From Octopus sinensis (lineage: Eukaryota), in NCBI RefSeq assembly GCF_006345805.1, contig NC_043013.1, positions 46,686,001 to 46,750,000 of the forward strand: DNA of 64,000 nt, written 5' to 3'. The translations under genes and the position numbers were made by a program. The notes under the pieces are model-generated. The model saw nothing but the letters and a program-made list of their open reading frames with translations, was not told the DNA's origin and did not search any database. Positions 26,461 to 40,108 of the stretch are shown one piece after another (position 1 is the first letter of the stretch; each line of letters begins with the position of its first letter).

Positions 26461-26745
26461 AAGACATGTATTACACACAATATACATTCGATAAACACAA
26501 AAAATACTGACATTAAAGGTAGCACCATATAAACTTGCCTACCCCGGTTTGTATACTATTAAACAGTACGATATGGTGTGCCTGACGTATAAGCATTAAC
26601 ACACACACAGCTATGTGCGTATTTGCGCATAGGTGAGTGTATATACAAGGATGTGGTGAATATATTGTCACCTACATTACACAAAGATGAAAATAACATT
26701 GATATCTCATTTTAACAGATATATATTTACCAAATAACATAACGA

Positions 26746-26787
<42 letters not shown>

Positions 26788-26790
<3 letters not shown>

Positions 26791-27023
26791 CGTAGGAGTG
26801 GCTGTGTGGTAAGTAGCTTGCTTTCGAACCACTTGGTTCCGGGTTCAGTCTCACTGCATGGCACCTTGTAAGACAGTTGCAAAACATTTCACCAAAACAT
26901 ATATAATTGAGTACTTTATATACTGTTCAGCGGAGTTGTTATCCCACACATCTTATTTCTTCTGTCAAAAGCCTCGGGCCGGCCAAAGTTTTGTGAGTGG
27001 ATTTGGTAGACGGAAACTGAAAG
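26788..27023 (+). mobile_element. SINE family A 5' half, interrupted
   Basis: Head GGCGTAGGAGTGGCTGTGTGGTAAG directly after (TA)n; the body resumes at ~26970. Confidence 0.75.
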
Positions 27024-27386
27024 ATTAGTCAAAAAAGATTAGTCAAGAAGACTATGTCTGCGCAATAAAATTTGAAAAGTTATTTCGTATAAGCACGGGA
27101 CAAGTAGCCTTGTTTGTCTCGTGTTGGATATGGTTAACCCTAGTTTGGACTTGCTGAAGGAAAATCAGACCTTGTGAGTCCCCTTGACTCGCTAAAAGAT
27201 GATCAGAAACCAATTGGTCCAGGGTACTAGATGGTAAATGTTTTACATTTTCAAATTAGTCCTGTCGAATTTATGGCATTATTTTTGTGGTTTAGAAACT
27301 TTCTAGCTGTTCTAGCTGCTTTCTAATGTGTTGAATTCCCTTTAGTGGATTCACTATGTGTATAAATATACACTATATCGTTTTCT

Positions 27387-27422
<36 letters not shown>

Positions 27423-27914
27423 CATACAAAAGAAGCCAAATACATGAATAAGCGGCGTATAGGCATATATTTTCTTTTACAAGACAAGATCGGGAGAAGA
27501 GTTGAGTGAGGTTCAGAGGCTGTATCTGCTTCACTCGAGTAATTCAGTTTAACATTTTGGTGAAGCATAACCACGGTAAGAACTGTCTGATTCAAATGTC
27601 AGGACAATTGTATGACAATATATTCTGATTTTTAAATACGGGTTTCAAATATTGGTAAAAAGTCTGATATTTCGGAGGAGGGGTAAGTCGATTAGATTGT
27701 CCTCTGCGTTCAACTGGTACTCATTTCATCGACCCCCAATAATATGAACGGCAAAGTCAAACGCTGCAGGATTTGAACTCAGAGTGTGAAGACCTTCGAA
27801 ATTCCGCCAGCTCGTTAACTTCTGCTTTGTAAACAGTCACAGGTGATGAGTACCCAACGTGTGTGTGTGTGTGTGTGAGAGAGTGTGTATGTATGTATAT
27901 ATATATATATATAT

Positions 27915-28087
27915 ATAAATTATTTAAAAGCAGAGGAAATTTAACAAAACATGTTACTCGGAGTTTCACGTTCCCGTTCGTCGGACAAAGCAGCAGTAAT
28001 ATGCTTTTAAATAAAGCATATTACTCTACCCCTGGTATTTGAGTACTCCTTTTTCCACCTTGTTTCACATTTATGTATTTACTCAGG

Positions 28088-28088
<1 letters not shown>
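27915..28088. mobile_element. Penelope-like terminal fragment in (TA)n with an HHR-like motif on the minus strand
   Basis: Minus strand reads UGU-CCGACGA-ACG-GGAA-CGU-GAAA-CUCCGAG-UA-ACA. Confidence 0.5.
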
Positions 28089-28119
<31 letters not shown>

Positions 28120-28652
28120 TATTTACGCACACATACATTTATGTATACATACATACTTATATGTATATAGGTATGTATATACATACATGCGTACATACAT
28201 ACATATATATATATATTTAAATGTCTATGGGTGTGTGACAAATATATATGCAGATAGAGAGAAAGAGAGAGAGAGAGAGAGATAAAGAAGTGGAAGTTAA
28301 GAGAGATACTGAGAGAGAGAGAAAGAGAGAAACAGTGTGAGTGGAAGTCAGTGTAAGAGAGAGAAAGTGAAAGGGAAAGGAGAGAAAGAGAGAGTGGGGA
28401 GAGAGCAGTGGATTAGCTTGCTTAATATCGCAATTTTGATTTTGTTAGAAAAGTTGCCAGTCTCCTTAGAGACGGATTCCTTTGGAATGTACATTCCGAT
28501 GACGTTCTTCCAGTCTCCACTGACCTGGAGGTTTAACAAGCATGCTTAGGATTTTTGGAGTATATTATGACAATTGCTGCACTTTTGCTATTGTTGTCAT
28601 TCCCCTTGGATCTCGTATAGTTTTGGTTTCTGTTGTCTGGACCTGGACTATG

Positions 28653-28689
<37 letters not shown>

Positions 28690-28693
<4 letters not shown>

Positions 28694-28850
28694 AGTGGCT
28701 GTGTGGTAAGTAGCTGCTAAACCACCACATGGTTCCGGGTTCAGTCCACTGCGTGGCATCTTGGCAAGTGTCTTCTACTTATAGCCTCGGGTCGACCAAT
28801 GCCTTGAGAGTGGATTGGGTAGACGGGAAACTGAAAGAAGCCGTCGTATA

Positions 28851-28893
<43 letters not shown>

Positions 28894-29105
28894 ATTTGTC
28901 CCCCTAGCATTGCTTGACCACCGATGCTGGTGTGTTTACGTCCCCGTCATTTAGCGGTTCGGCAAAAAGAGACCGATAGAATAAGTACTGGGCTTACAAA
29001 GAATAAGTTCCGGGGTCGATTTGCTCGACTAAAAGGCGATGCTCCAGCATGGCCGCAGTCAAATGACTGAAACAAGTAAAAAAAAGTAAAAGAAATAAAA
29101 GAAAG
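28690..29105 (+). mobile_element. SINE family A, full length
   Basis: Complete head, body and tail, preceded by (TA)n. Confidence 0.9.
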
Positions 29106-29490
29106 ATATACGCGCACACACACATATTCCTGCAATTTCACTTTGGATCCCATGATATGAATGTGACTTCACTTCATTAAGGTATCTTCGACATGGTGAA
29201 TGGCTAGCTGAGTATCCCACGTTGAGTAATTATTACTTCTCAGGTTCTGCTGGCTAGGAAACATATGTAGCCTGGATTCTACCGACTCCATTCCTAAATT
29301 TAGATTTTCATTCGCATACAACCATCGTTGCTAACCAGCAACTATAAAATAACTATTTCAGTTCATCGAACTTCGATATTGGAAAAATTTACAATCTCCT
29401 TCGTCAATAAACCTCTATTGCCACATTATGTTGGCAAATAGTCTTTACTTTATAAACATGATTGACTGCTAAATCAACAAGTTTTATTTT

Positions 29491-29534
<44 letters not shown>

Positions 29535-29595
29535 CTCTCTCTCTTCTCACTGTGTTATTTCTCGTGTTCCTTTCTGTTGAAGAGCGTAGGCTCGA

Positions 29596-29695
29596 NNNNN
29601 NNNNNNNNNNNNNNNNNNNNNNNNNNNNNNNNNNNNNNNNNNNNNNNNNNNNNNNNNNNNNNNNNNNNNNNNNNNNNNNNNNNNNNNNNNNNNNN
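29596..29695. other. Assembly gap (100 N)
   Basis: Run of N. Confidence 1.
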
Positions 29696-30114
29696 ATCAC
29701 TACGATCGTTTCAACCCATGTGCATCGATTTCTCGCTGGTGACATTCTGTACAATCTGTTATGGAGCATCACTCGGTGTAGATGTGCCTCATCAGGTGAC
29801 TTTTCAGAATGTACCTCGCCCTTTAATTTCCCTTTCACTTATTTCGTTTAGATTACATTTCGTTCTTTGCCTGTAACTAGCAACGTAGGAGAGAGATCAT
29901 GATTTAGAACCATAATCTCTCAAGTATTCCACTAGCTACAGGCAAACAACGAAATGTATTCGAATCGAAATAACCGAAACAGAGATTAAAGAGCGGGATA
30001 TCGTTTCCAAAGTCACCTGACGAGGCCCATCTATACCGAACGATGCACTACAACCAGTTGTACAGAAACTCACCGGCGAGGAATCGATACACGATGGGTC
30101 GAAACTATCGTGAT
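29696..30114. mobile_element. Diverged inverted repeat pair, each arm with a hammerhead core and expanded helix II
   Basis: 29696-29880 is a diverged reverse complement of 29932-30114. Cores are CUGAUGA (minus) and CUGACGA (plus). Confidence 0.65.
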
Positions 30115-30354
30115 TAATAAAGAATCTCGGGAATTCCATTTTCTTTCTCCATCACATGTTATTTAGTCGACGGACAGTTGTGAATTCCTAAAGTAAATAC
30201 ATTGGCATTTATATCCATATCACTGATGACATCAGCTAGCCGAAAACAGCGAACGTGCGTTAAACGGCATACTACCAGGAATATACCCAGATTAAAATCA
30301 GTATATATACATAGCGTACATACATAGAAACACAGACAAGTACACACACATCAA

Positions 30355-30547
30355 TACATACATACATACATACATACATACATACATACATACATACATA
30401 CATACATACATGCATACATACATACATACATGCATACATACATACATGCATACATACATACATGCATACATACATACATACATACATACATACATACATA
30501 CATACATACATGCATACATACATACATGCGTGCATGCATACATACAT
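30355..30547. repeat. (CATA)n microsatellite
   Basis: Directly visible. Confidence 0.95.
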
Positions 30548-30870
30548 GGTGGCCGCTCCCTCGTTATTGAGTATGGCCATCGCGCGAAGCTTAATCAATG
30601 TTGTCATCGTGCAATGCCTGTGCAAGAAGATTTTTTTAAAGTGAGAAAAGGCTGTGCACTGAGTCAATCCCACTCACTAAGCAACAGCAGTCATAATCCG
30701 AAAAGAAGAACAAGTCAACATCATCGGTAACCACTGAGGCACAGGTTTTATGTCCGAGTTATCCCAGTTACCTGAGTTACCTTCTCCTAGAAGGATGCCC
30801 TAACAAAAGCTAGGAGTCCTTTACTCCCAATGGTTTAACTGCTCGTTTAATAGTAAGTTAGGACCAAATT

Positions 30871-31130
30871 GGTGGAGGCGCGTGGCTTAGTGGTTAGGGT
30901 GTCAGCATCATGATGGTAAAGATTGTGGTTTCGATTCCTGGACCGGGCGACGTGTTGTGTTCATGAGCAAACCACTTCATTTCACGTTGCTCCAGTCCAC
31001 TTACTCACAAAAATGAGTAACGCTGCGATGGACTGGCGTCCCGTCCAGCTGGGGAACACATACGCCATAGAAACCGGGAAACCGCGTCCATGAGCCTGGC
31101 TAGGCTTTAAAAAGGGCGCATTTATATTTT
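30871..31130 (+). mobile_element. tRNA-derived SINE with a V-domain-like core
   Basis: A box TGGCTTAGTGG, B-box-like GTTTCGATTCC and GCGATGGACTGGCGTCCCGTCCAG. Flanked by the direct repeat TTAGGACCAAA. Confidence 0.8.
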
Positions 31131-31487
31131 TAGGACCAAAATGCATTTACAACTTTAAAAACACGCAGTGCTTGTGGAATATTCGAATAAATACAGAAAT
31201 CGGATGCAGCTATAACAGACCTGACATTGTTCTTTGATATAAGGAGCAAAAGACATAGGAAATAGAGATCAAATATGTTGAGAACAAACGTCCTTACTTC
31301 TCTTGTGCACTGGTTATAAACTTTCTTTTGTGTCTATCCTCGTATGTGCATTAGGCTATGAAACTCTAGTTTTGTACAAAAATCTGGAAATAGTTATTAT
31401 TTTCTCAGAAACTGATGCGCATCCTTGAATCCAGCCTGTTAGCAGTAAAGTGAAGATTCCAAAGTTCCTTTGAGATACTTTAAATGA

Positions 31488-31520
<33 letters not shown>

Positions 31521-31583
31521 ACACACACCACACACATACACACACACAACACACCCACACACATACACACATACACCAATACA

Positions 31584-31640
<57 letters not shown>

Positions 31641-31750
31641 CACATACACACACATACACACATCACACACATACACACCACACACACACATACACACACA
31701 CATACACAACACACACACATACACACACACACACATACACACACACACAC

Positions 31751-31794
<44 letters not shown>

Positions 31795-31800
31795 ACACAC
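31488..31800. repeat. (CA)n-based array
   Basis: Directly visible. Confidence 0.95.
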
Positions 31801-32031
31801 AAGCACAAACATGTTTAAACAGAAGTGCATCTGCATACACTAACACACAAATTTCACATATTTAAAAACTTCGGGAACTGTCGTAACGGAAAGAGTCTTG
31901 TCACTTTGTTAGCGACCGACATTGAATTCCATGAAGAAGCTAAGTATATCTCAAAGAAAAACACACCTACACATATATGTGTATGTGTATGTATGATTGT
32001 ATGTATACACGCACACATATGTGAATGTAAG

Positions 32032-32082
<51 letters not shown>

Positions 32083-32746
32083 GGTGTGTGCATCGCATTC
32101 TACATTAATAATCAGTGTGTGAGTGTGTAATATCATTTGTTAGAAATCATATGATCCCCAATGTGGGGTTAACAGAACAGATGTTACGCGAGCAGGCGCA
32201 TGTATCGTTAGTTAAAACAGTGAATAAGTTCTGATTGATTTACAAATAGGCGAGAGCTTAGGACTATCTCAATCCCCACTTCTCTCTTCCTCTCTCTCTC
32301 TCCCTCTCTTTGGTATATTTTTCTTAATAAAAAGTCACTCATCATTGAGGGATTTCTCTTCTGTCAGTTCTAGTGTACTGAAAGATTTGATTATATTCTT
32401 GTGGAATGTTTTTTCTCTCCATTAATAACCAGTTCACTTTACATCTGACCATGAACACATCTGCTGGGACGTCAACCTTCACCCTTTCAACATTTCATAC
32501 ACGGAAATCTTTCATTTGCAGACAAGACACACTACTCAAGCATTGTTTTTTATGAACAAGAACTTATGAAAAATTTGCCTTTCGAAAGAAAATAACTTAT
32601 TAACATTCAACAAGTCGAATCCCCTTACAACACATATCAAAGTAATGGACGCGTCCTCTCTACAAACCTCCACAGTCTTCACAAATTATAGGCTTTACAA
32701 TGAGTTTTGATCAATCATGTTAACTTAAAAGTATTGCTTTAATCCA

Positions 32747-33167
32747 AGACGGGGAGCTGGCAGAATCGTTACCGCGGCGGAAAAACTGCTTAGCGGCATT
32801 TCGTCTGCCGCTACGTTCTGAGTTCAAAATTCCGCCAAGGTCGACTTTGCCTTTCATCCTTTCGGGGTTGATTAAATAAGTACCAGTTACGCACTGGGGT
32901 CGATATAATCGACTTAATCCGCTTGTCTGTCCTTGTTTGTCCCCTCTGTGTGTAGCCCCTTGTGGGTAGTAAAGTAATAGGTATTTCGTTTGCAGTTACG
33001 TTCTGAGTTCAAATTCCGCCGAGGTCGACTTTGCCTTTCATCCTTTCAGGGTCGATTAAATAAGTACCAGTTACGCACTGAGGTCGATGTAATCGACATA
33101 ATCCCTTTGTCTGTACTTGTTTGTCCCCCTCTGTGTTTAACCCCTTGTGGGCAATAAAGAAATAAGA
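32747..33167 (+). mobile_element. Tandem dimer of SINE family B
   Basis: A full copy followed by a 5'-truncated second copy starting GGTATTTCG at ~32980. Confidence 0.85.
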
Positions 33168-34288
33168 GATAATGCGGTGGTTTGGTCATTGCTTTCCCCG
33201 AACTGGATGGCAATTGACCCACAAGGAACACATCCACCCTTGAATAGGTCTTGCTTTTTGTCTCCTGCTGTGTGTCTAGACGCCTTCGTGACAAGGGTAG
33301 GAAATTACTCAAGAGGGGGAGCCGGTTTAGTCACCGACCACTCAACCATAAAACAGGCAATACTCGAATCATCGTGTGATGAAATCCCTGACCTTAAATC
33401 GTTTATGCATGTGATCAGCTGAAATTCACCTAATGTGCTTGTTTTTTTTTGTTACCTACATGTGTACATCCTCAGAAATTGAAAGTGGATATCAGCTCAT
33501 CTGTCTAAAAGAGCGCCAGAAGTTCATAGTTACTATCTATCTCGTTCCATCTTGTTTTTAAGTAATTAATCAATAGCTTCTCGTTTGAACACTAAATATT
33601 ATGAGATAGCATATTCGTCTGCTGCTCATTTCTCTATGTATATTAACTCGTGTTACTCTTAGAGCAGCTGCTAAATGGAAGGTTTCCGAAGTTTATTAGG
33701 AAAATGGAAGTGAGAAATATTTATAATTTTGATACAGTCCTTGAATATAACAATTCCATTGATACAAAACTTTCGTTATATCAAATAATCTTTAGCACAT
33801 TTTGCAATAATTCTTAGCAGAGAAAATATATTCTTCAGAGAAACCATTAAATATAAGTTTTTCCATTTGTATCCACATAGAATTTCTCTCTTTTAATCTT
33901 CATGTGACACAACATCTCGTTAATTTTTTCTCCTCATTTCTCATTATTTCATATTTCCTTATTAAGATACATTTTGTATTTTTGATATATATTGCTTTTT
34001 CTTGGTGTTTTATTTCATTTTCTGCATTTGTTATGTTACTAAAATATTTCTTTACACGTTTAATTTTATTTTCCATTATTTCTCAATGAGTTCTTCCTAA
34101 TATCCTTCTTTAGGCTTCTGCTTCGGTTTCTATCGTCTGCAAACATCACAAAGATCATTGACAAAATAAGAAAATAAATATTTATTTAAGCAACGGCTTC
34201 GTACATATAGAAATTATGAAAGATGAGTGTGCATGTATGTATGTATGTACGTATATCTATCTATCTATCTATCTATACTATACATACA

Positions 34289-34324
<36 letters not shown>

Positions 34325-34396
34325 TATATATACATACAAATAGAACTACAATAAGTGCTAGGCCACTGGTAATAATAATTTCTTATTACCCTATTA

Positions 34397-34478
<82 letters not shown>

Positions 34479-35319
34479 CATACGCATAGATATACGAAGT
34501 AACAGATGTGGTAATTTTACATGCATAAATCATATATAGAGTGCTTTTCGTTTAAGCATTGGATTTCTTCATTCTGAGAGTGCTCAACGACTAATTACTT
34601 TAGCCAGTGCTATGACCAAAGTTTATGCGAATGAAAGAAGCGGAGTGAGTAAAAGGGAGATATATCATAGAACAAAATATGTCGATGTATTAGGTAAGTC
34701 TGTCATCTAAGGATGTCAAATAATTTAGTAAGAATAGTTTTGGTTCACCTAGTTGTGAGTAAAAAAATTAGTTTTAACCTACAATGAATGATACTTGACC
34801 CGGAGGAGTTAATGTATGCTGTGATTTGGCACAAAGAAATTTGATGGAGTATATATATATATATGCATATGTAAATATATATATATAATCTATATTAATA
34901 TAATTATATATATATATATATAAAGGGTTCCTATATGTACACACACATACATATTATATATAATTTTGTATATTTATATAAAAACACGTATACACATATG
35001 TATTAAGGGAAGATAATTAAGGGAAGATAGATCGAAATCCAATTGCATTTTCAGCGTTTTGTAAGTTGTCATCTTCTGTTTAGTCTTACCTGAAATTATA
35101 TTGCACCAATTCCCACCTGATTGGGTCACATTCGCACGTTCTTTTATGCACTTCTCAACAATCCTTGGCCAACATTTTCTTAATTATATTTGGAACTTTG
35201 GAGACAACTTCATTTCTGTCAGTCAGGTCGCTAATGAGTTCTCATGCATGATATATAACCTCAATGGACACGCTTCAACACTTTTGACATAAAATTGTAT
35301 TGATCTTTGTGGAGGCATT

Positions 35320-35598
<279 letters not shown>

Positions 35599-36294
35599 GA
35601 AATATAAGGAAATATAGTAACATCTAAATAACGTTACAATAATCGTTGGGTCGTGTTCGATCACAGGTATACTAATCAGAACTGATTTATGGTTCGATGA
35701 CTTTATCAACCATAACAACAGCGACGACGACGACGACAAGTGATTAACCGAATCGTTAGAAGAACTGATGGAATGCTATGCAGTATTTATTGCGGTTCCT
35801 GACGTCCTGGTTCCTAAATCCCGCTGCGACCTACTTTGGTGGTAAAATTAATCTGTCACTGATTTAATGCCCCTACCTAGACCTTTGGTGCTTGTTCCAA
35901 TCGTTCGAACCAGACCTGTGCTTTGAGAAATCATTCTTCTCTTCTTCTTATCTCCCTCCGTTTCACCTCTCAGTAAAATGTCATGGACGCATGGACGCTG
36001 CCTTTTCCCCTAGCTAACCGATAATTAAAAAAAAAATACATGCTACCATTTTATCTCTCTCAGACACAACAAACTCTTACGAATATTTATTATAACAAGT
36101 CAAACATTGCAGTTTTTATTGTTTGGCCGTTAATTGCTCATCTTTCATTGCGATTCAGTTATCAGAGTTGTTGTTATTATTGTTCTTGTTGTTCTCGTTC
36201 AGCCTCAAATCAATGCTGATCCCTTATTTAACGTCACTGTAGCCATAATCATTCTGTATTTTATTTTCATTATAGTGCATCTCGGACATTGCCT

Positions 36295-36545
36295 TTGTGT
36301 GTTCTCTTTTCGGCAAAGTGTATCATGGACTACATTTTTCCAATGTGTTCTTCCTTTTTCAGAACATCGTTTCTTGTTAGATGTATTCTTCCCTTTTCGG
36401 CAAAGTGTATCTAGGATTACATTTTTCCAATGTGTTCTTCCTTTTTCAGAGCATTGTTTCCTGGACTGCGTTTCTTATATGTATTCTTCCCTTTTCGGCA
36501 AAGTGTATCTTGGACTACTCTTCGCCAATGTGTTCTTCCATCTTC
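36295..36545. repeat. ~90-bp tandem repeat, about 3 copies
   Basis: TTTTCGGCAAAGTGTATC recurs at ~36307, ~36394 and ~36492. Confidence 0.85.
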
Positions 36546-37395
36546 TTTAAAATATTAGGGTCTTAATTGATAGAAATTTGCTTGTTAATTATGGCTGATC
36601 AGGTGACTACGTAACTCGCTTGATGGCTCTATCCGCAGCAACACTTAAACTTCACTCATGAGATCGAGTAAGACTGGAACATAACTTGACTGTCACCGTA
36701 TTGTTAAAGATCATATTCATTCTTTACTCTATTCTGTATTTGATTGATTGTAAACAATTTAAATCACGGAGTTATCTCCCCCTATTTTATTTGACATAAA
36801 ACAATCACTAAAATAATGATATTTTCATCACCACGAGTAGTATTTTAATTAATTAAAATAATCTGGCATTACTACTTTAAATATACTAACATTCACGTCT
36901 ACTGTTTGTTTCTCAGGCAGATGCAGTCCCTAGGTGTTACCCCTACTCGCTATCATTCGATCAGATATAGCTTATCGTTTACTGCATCGGTTAACTCTAC
37001 ATCGCCGACTAGTAACAGTAAGTGACTAACAGAAAATAGAAAGAACAGGCGTTGACAAAGTCATCTTACATTATACTGTTTCAAAAGCCTCTAACAACCA
37101 CTAATAATGTAATCTTGTAACTAATTAAAGAAGGTTTATCGCCTATAACACATTTCTTCACCGGACATATCTAATCTCACTTCTCGTTATTTCTTCTCCA
37201 TCTTAACCTGGTTATCTCCAGGCAGCTACAGAAGATGCGATTTGCTATCACATTATTGGTATATTTATTAGTAAACGTTCTTCTATATCTGGTTTCTCTC
37301 TTACGATTCCATCAAGACACATTTATTATTTTGTTCGTTCGATACAACCAATCATATAGTCACATATGTGTACATACACATGCACACACACGCAC

Positions 37396-37445
<50 letters not shown>

Positions 37446-37544
37446 TGTGTGTGTGTTTCTAAGTATATATGCAGTATAGCAGTGATCATAGCCACTCATG
37501 ATATGAAAGAAAACTGATTGAATATCCCAGTGCAAACTTTAATA

Positions 37545-37845
37545 AAATGTAAACAGAAGTCCACAGCTCTTCAATATCCTCCCGAAGGACCTGAGAGAAC
37601 TGCATGGGGTTGATGCAGATGTCTTTAAAATAAAGCTGGACCTCTTCCTGTCAGGTGTCCCAGATGAACCAATTTCACGGCAGGAGGTGCAGATGAGGGT
37701 AGTTGCATCAAACTCTCTCATGCACCAAATGTCAATTGCTAAAAAGCATTCGTGAAGTAAAATCATGTAGCAATACCGAATGGTGGTGCCCCAGCATGGC
37801 CACAGCTCGTGAGCTGAAACTAGATAAAATGAAAAAAATGAAAAT
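37545..37845 (+). mobile_element. CR1/L2-like LINE 3' end
   Basis: PQLFNILPKDLRELHGVDADVFKIKLDLFLSGVPDEP...VASNSL, then a 3' UTR ending GGTGCCCCAGCATGGCCACAGCTCGTGAGCTGAAAC plus an A-rich tail. Confidence 0.75.
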
Positions 37846-38148
37846 GGTAATAGACTACACAGAGTGATTTGGGACTGAGAAAAGAGATAATGTACAATAG
37901 TGGAAATTAGTGCTAAACGGGCGTCAACATAAAGTTAGAGATAAGCACCGCCCCCCACCTAAAAAAACTATGCTGAACTGCTGAGAAATTTACAGCTACT
38001 TTACCAGGGTTACAAGTTTAGGTTTACACCTGTAGTTACCAAAGACCTGGGATATCTAACAAACTGCCAAAGTGCCGATCCTGAGAAATTAGGATTCTCA
38101 AAACCAGAAAGAAAAAAGCTAATTAGATGATTATAGAATCAAGCCGTT

Positions 38149-38164
38149 AATGTATGTATGTATG

Positions 38165-38198
<34 letters not shown>

Positions 38199-38690
38199 TG
38201 TATGTATGTATGTATGTATGTATGTATGTATGTATGCATGCATGCATGTATGTATGTATGCATGTGTGTATGTATGTATGTATATATGTATGTATGTATG
38301 TATGTACGTATGTATGTATGCATGCATGTATGTCATGTATGCATGTATGCATGTATGTATGTATGTATGTATGTATGTATGTATATATGTATGTATGTAT
38401 GTATGCATGTATGTATGCATGCATGTATGTATGCATGCATGTATGTATGTATGTATGTATGTATGCATGCATGCATGTATGTATGTATGTATGTATGCAT
38501 GCATGCATGCATGTATGTATGTATGCATGTATGCATGCATGTATGTATGTATGTATGTATGCATGTATGTATGTATGCATGCATGTATGTATGCATGTAT
38601 GTATGTATGTATGTATGTATGCATGCATGCATGCATGTATGTATGTATGCATGTATGCATGTATGTATGTATGTATGTGTGTGTATGTAT
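38149..38690. repeat. (TATG/CATG)n array
   Basis: Directly visible. Confidence 0.95.
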
Positions 38691-39004
38691 CATTTTATAT
38701 TGCAGTGAATTGACGTAATCATTCGAGCGTTGAATAAAATGCTTCGTGGCATTTTGTTCTGTTATGACGAAATGGCGTATCATGCCCGGCTGCCTTTAAT
38801 CCTTCCGCATAAGCACTATTGAAATACAGAGTTTTATATACCAATGAAGTACAGTTATCGACATAGTCAACTATATCCGCCACACTAATTCGTTTGTCAC
38901 ATATCCGATGTTAGAAAGGATTGTTTTCTACTCATAATGCATTCGCCAACTTATAAAATGAACATTTCAGCTTGAAATCCACCCCACTGTACGTGTAAGT
39001 GGAA

Positions 39005-39786
39005 GGTGATCACATTCGCCAAGTCGAAGGTGATGAGGTCGTTGGTTCCGACTGACATCTGGCAGTCAATATCTCTCGAGGGCGAGGACCTGGAGGATGT
39101 GGAGTCTTTCATCTACTTGGGTTCAACGTTGATCCCAAACGGTCAGGGAGCAGCTGAGGTCGATCATTGCATCAATGCTGCTCGATCTGCCTTTGGACGC
39201 CTAAAGTGGTGTCTGTGGGACCGAAGGGAGATCTCATCGGTAACTAAAGGGCGAATATATCAGGCCGTCGTTCGTACAGTACTTCTGTATGGCTGTGAAA
39301 CGTGGCCTATGCGGGTGGTCGATCAACGAAGGATGGAAGTCTTCGACAATGACTGCCTCCGGTGCATTCTTCGCTGCCGTCGTGTGGATCGAGTTCCCTC
39401 TGCCAATCTCCGACTTCACCTGTCTCTGTGGCCCTTTCCATCTGTCCTTCTGCGACGGCGCTTGCGGTGGTTTGGCCATGCATGTAGGCGTCCGGTGTGC
39501 GAACTGAGCCGTGATGTCCTTCTCCCAATTCCACTCCCTAATTGGCGGAAACGCGCGGGCGGGCAGCTGAAGATCTGGGTTACGACGATCAAGGAGGACC
39601 TCTCCCTGTTCACGGGACCACAGGTGGTCGGCCTGCGCCGATGAAACCGTGACTGGCTCGCTATCTCCAGTGAACTGGCGAGGACCGTCGTGCGTGGGCT
39701 GCCATGGTTCGAGATGCCTCGAGGGTGGTAGAAGAAGCCTACTCAACCCGCCCAAGGTGAATGTCGCCACAAGTACAAGTACAAGT
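39005..39786 (+). mobile_element. RTE-clade LINE 3' fragment (RT C-terminus)
   Basis: ORF 39006-39644 contains VESFIYLGS, TKGRIYQAVVRTVLLYGCETW and RRLRWFGH. It ends in a (CAAGTA)n tail. Confidence 0.9.
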
Positions 39787-39894
39787 TAGATAAATGTGGC
39801 GCTTTAATTCATGTGACGTATGGAATTTTTAGTATGGGCAGTGGCGGTCTTATAAGTCCAGTCGTTTCATGCATCAACATTCATCATAAATGAG

Positions 39895-40108
39895 GCCCGC
39901 GGGTTGGCAGGATCGTTGGCAAGGCGAGCAATATGCTTTGTGGTATTTCGTCTGTCATCGTGTTCTGAGTTCAAATTCCGCTTAAATCGGCTTTGCCTTT
40001 CATTCTTTTCGAGGTTGATAAAATAAGTACCAGTGGAGTACTGGTGTCGATGTAATCGACTAAGTTCCTCCTTCGAAGCTGCAGACCGTGTGTCAAAATT
40101 TGAAACCA
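39895..40108 (+). mobile_element. SINE family B
   Basis: Family B motifs. Confidence 0.75.

Noticed and set aside
30220-30250. CTGATGA...GCCGAAA hammerhead-like motif
   Set aside because: No helix II pairing or helix I can be formed.
30871-30950. Possible tRNA genes (also at 23708, 47910 and SINE A/B heads)
   Set aside because: A/B boxes are present but there is no complete cloverleaf, and each continues into a SINE body.
36295-36545. CRISPR-like regularly spaced repeat
   Set aside because: The spacers are also repeated (a simple ~90-bp tandem repeat), the context is eukaryotic and there are no cas genes.
37235-37462. ORF with a signal-peptide-like start (MRFAITLLVYLL)
   Set aside because: It runs into a microsatellite and has no strong donor site. 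Hydrophobic translations are common in T-rich DNA.
38131-38783. Overlapping MYVC/HTYI ORFs, here and at many other loci
   Set aside because: Stop-free tetra- and dinucleotide microsatellites.
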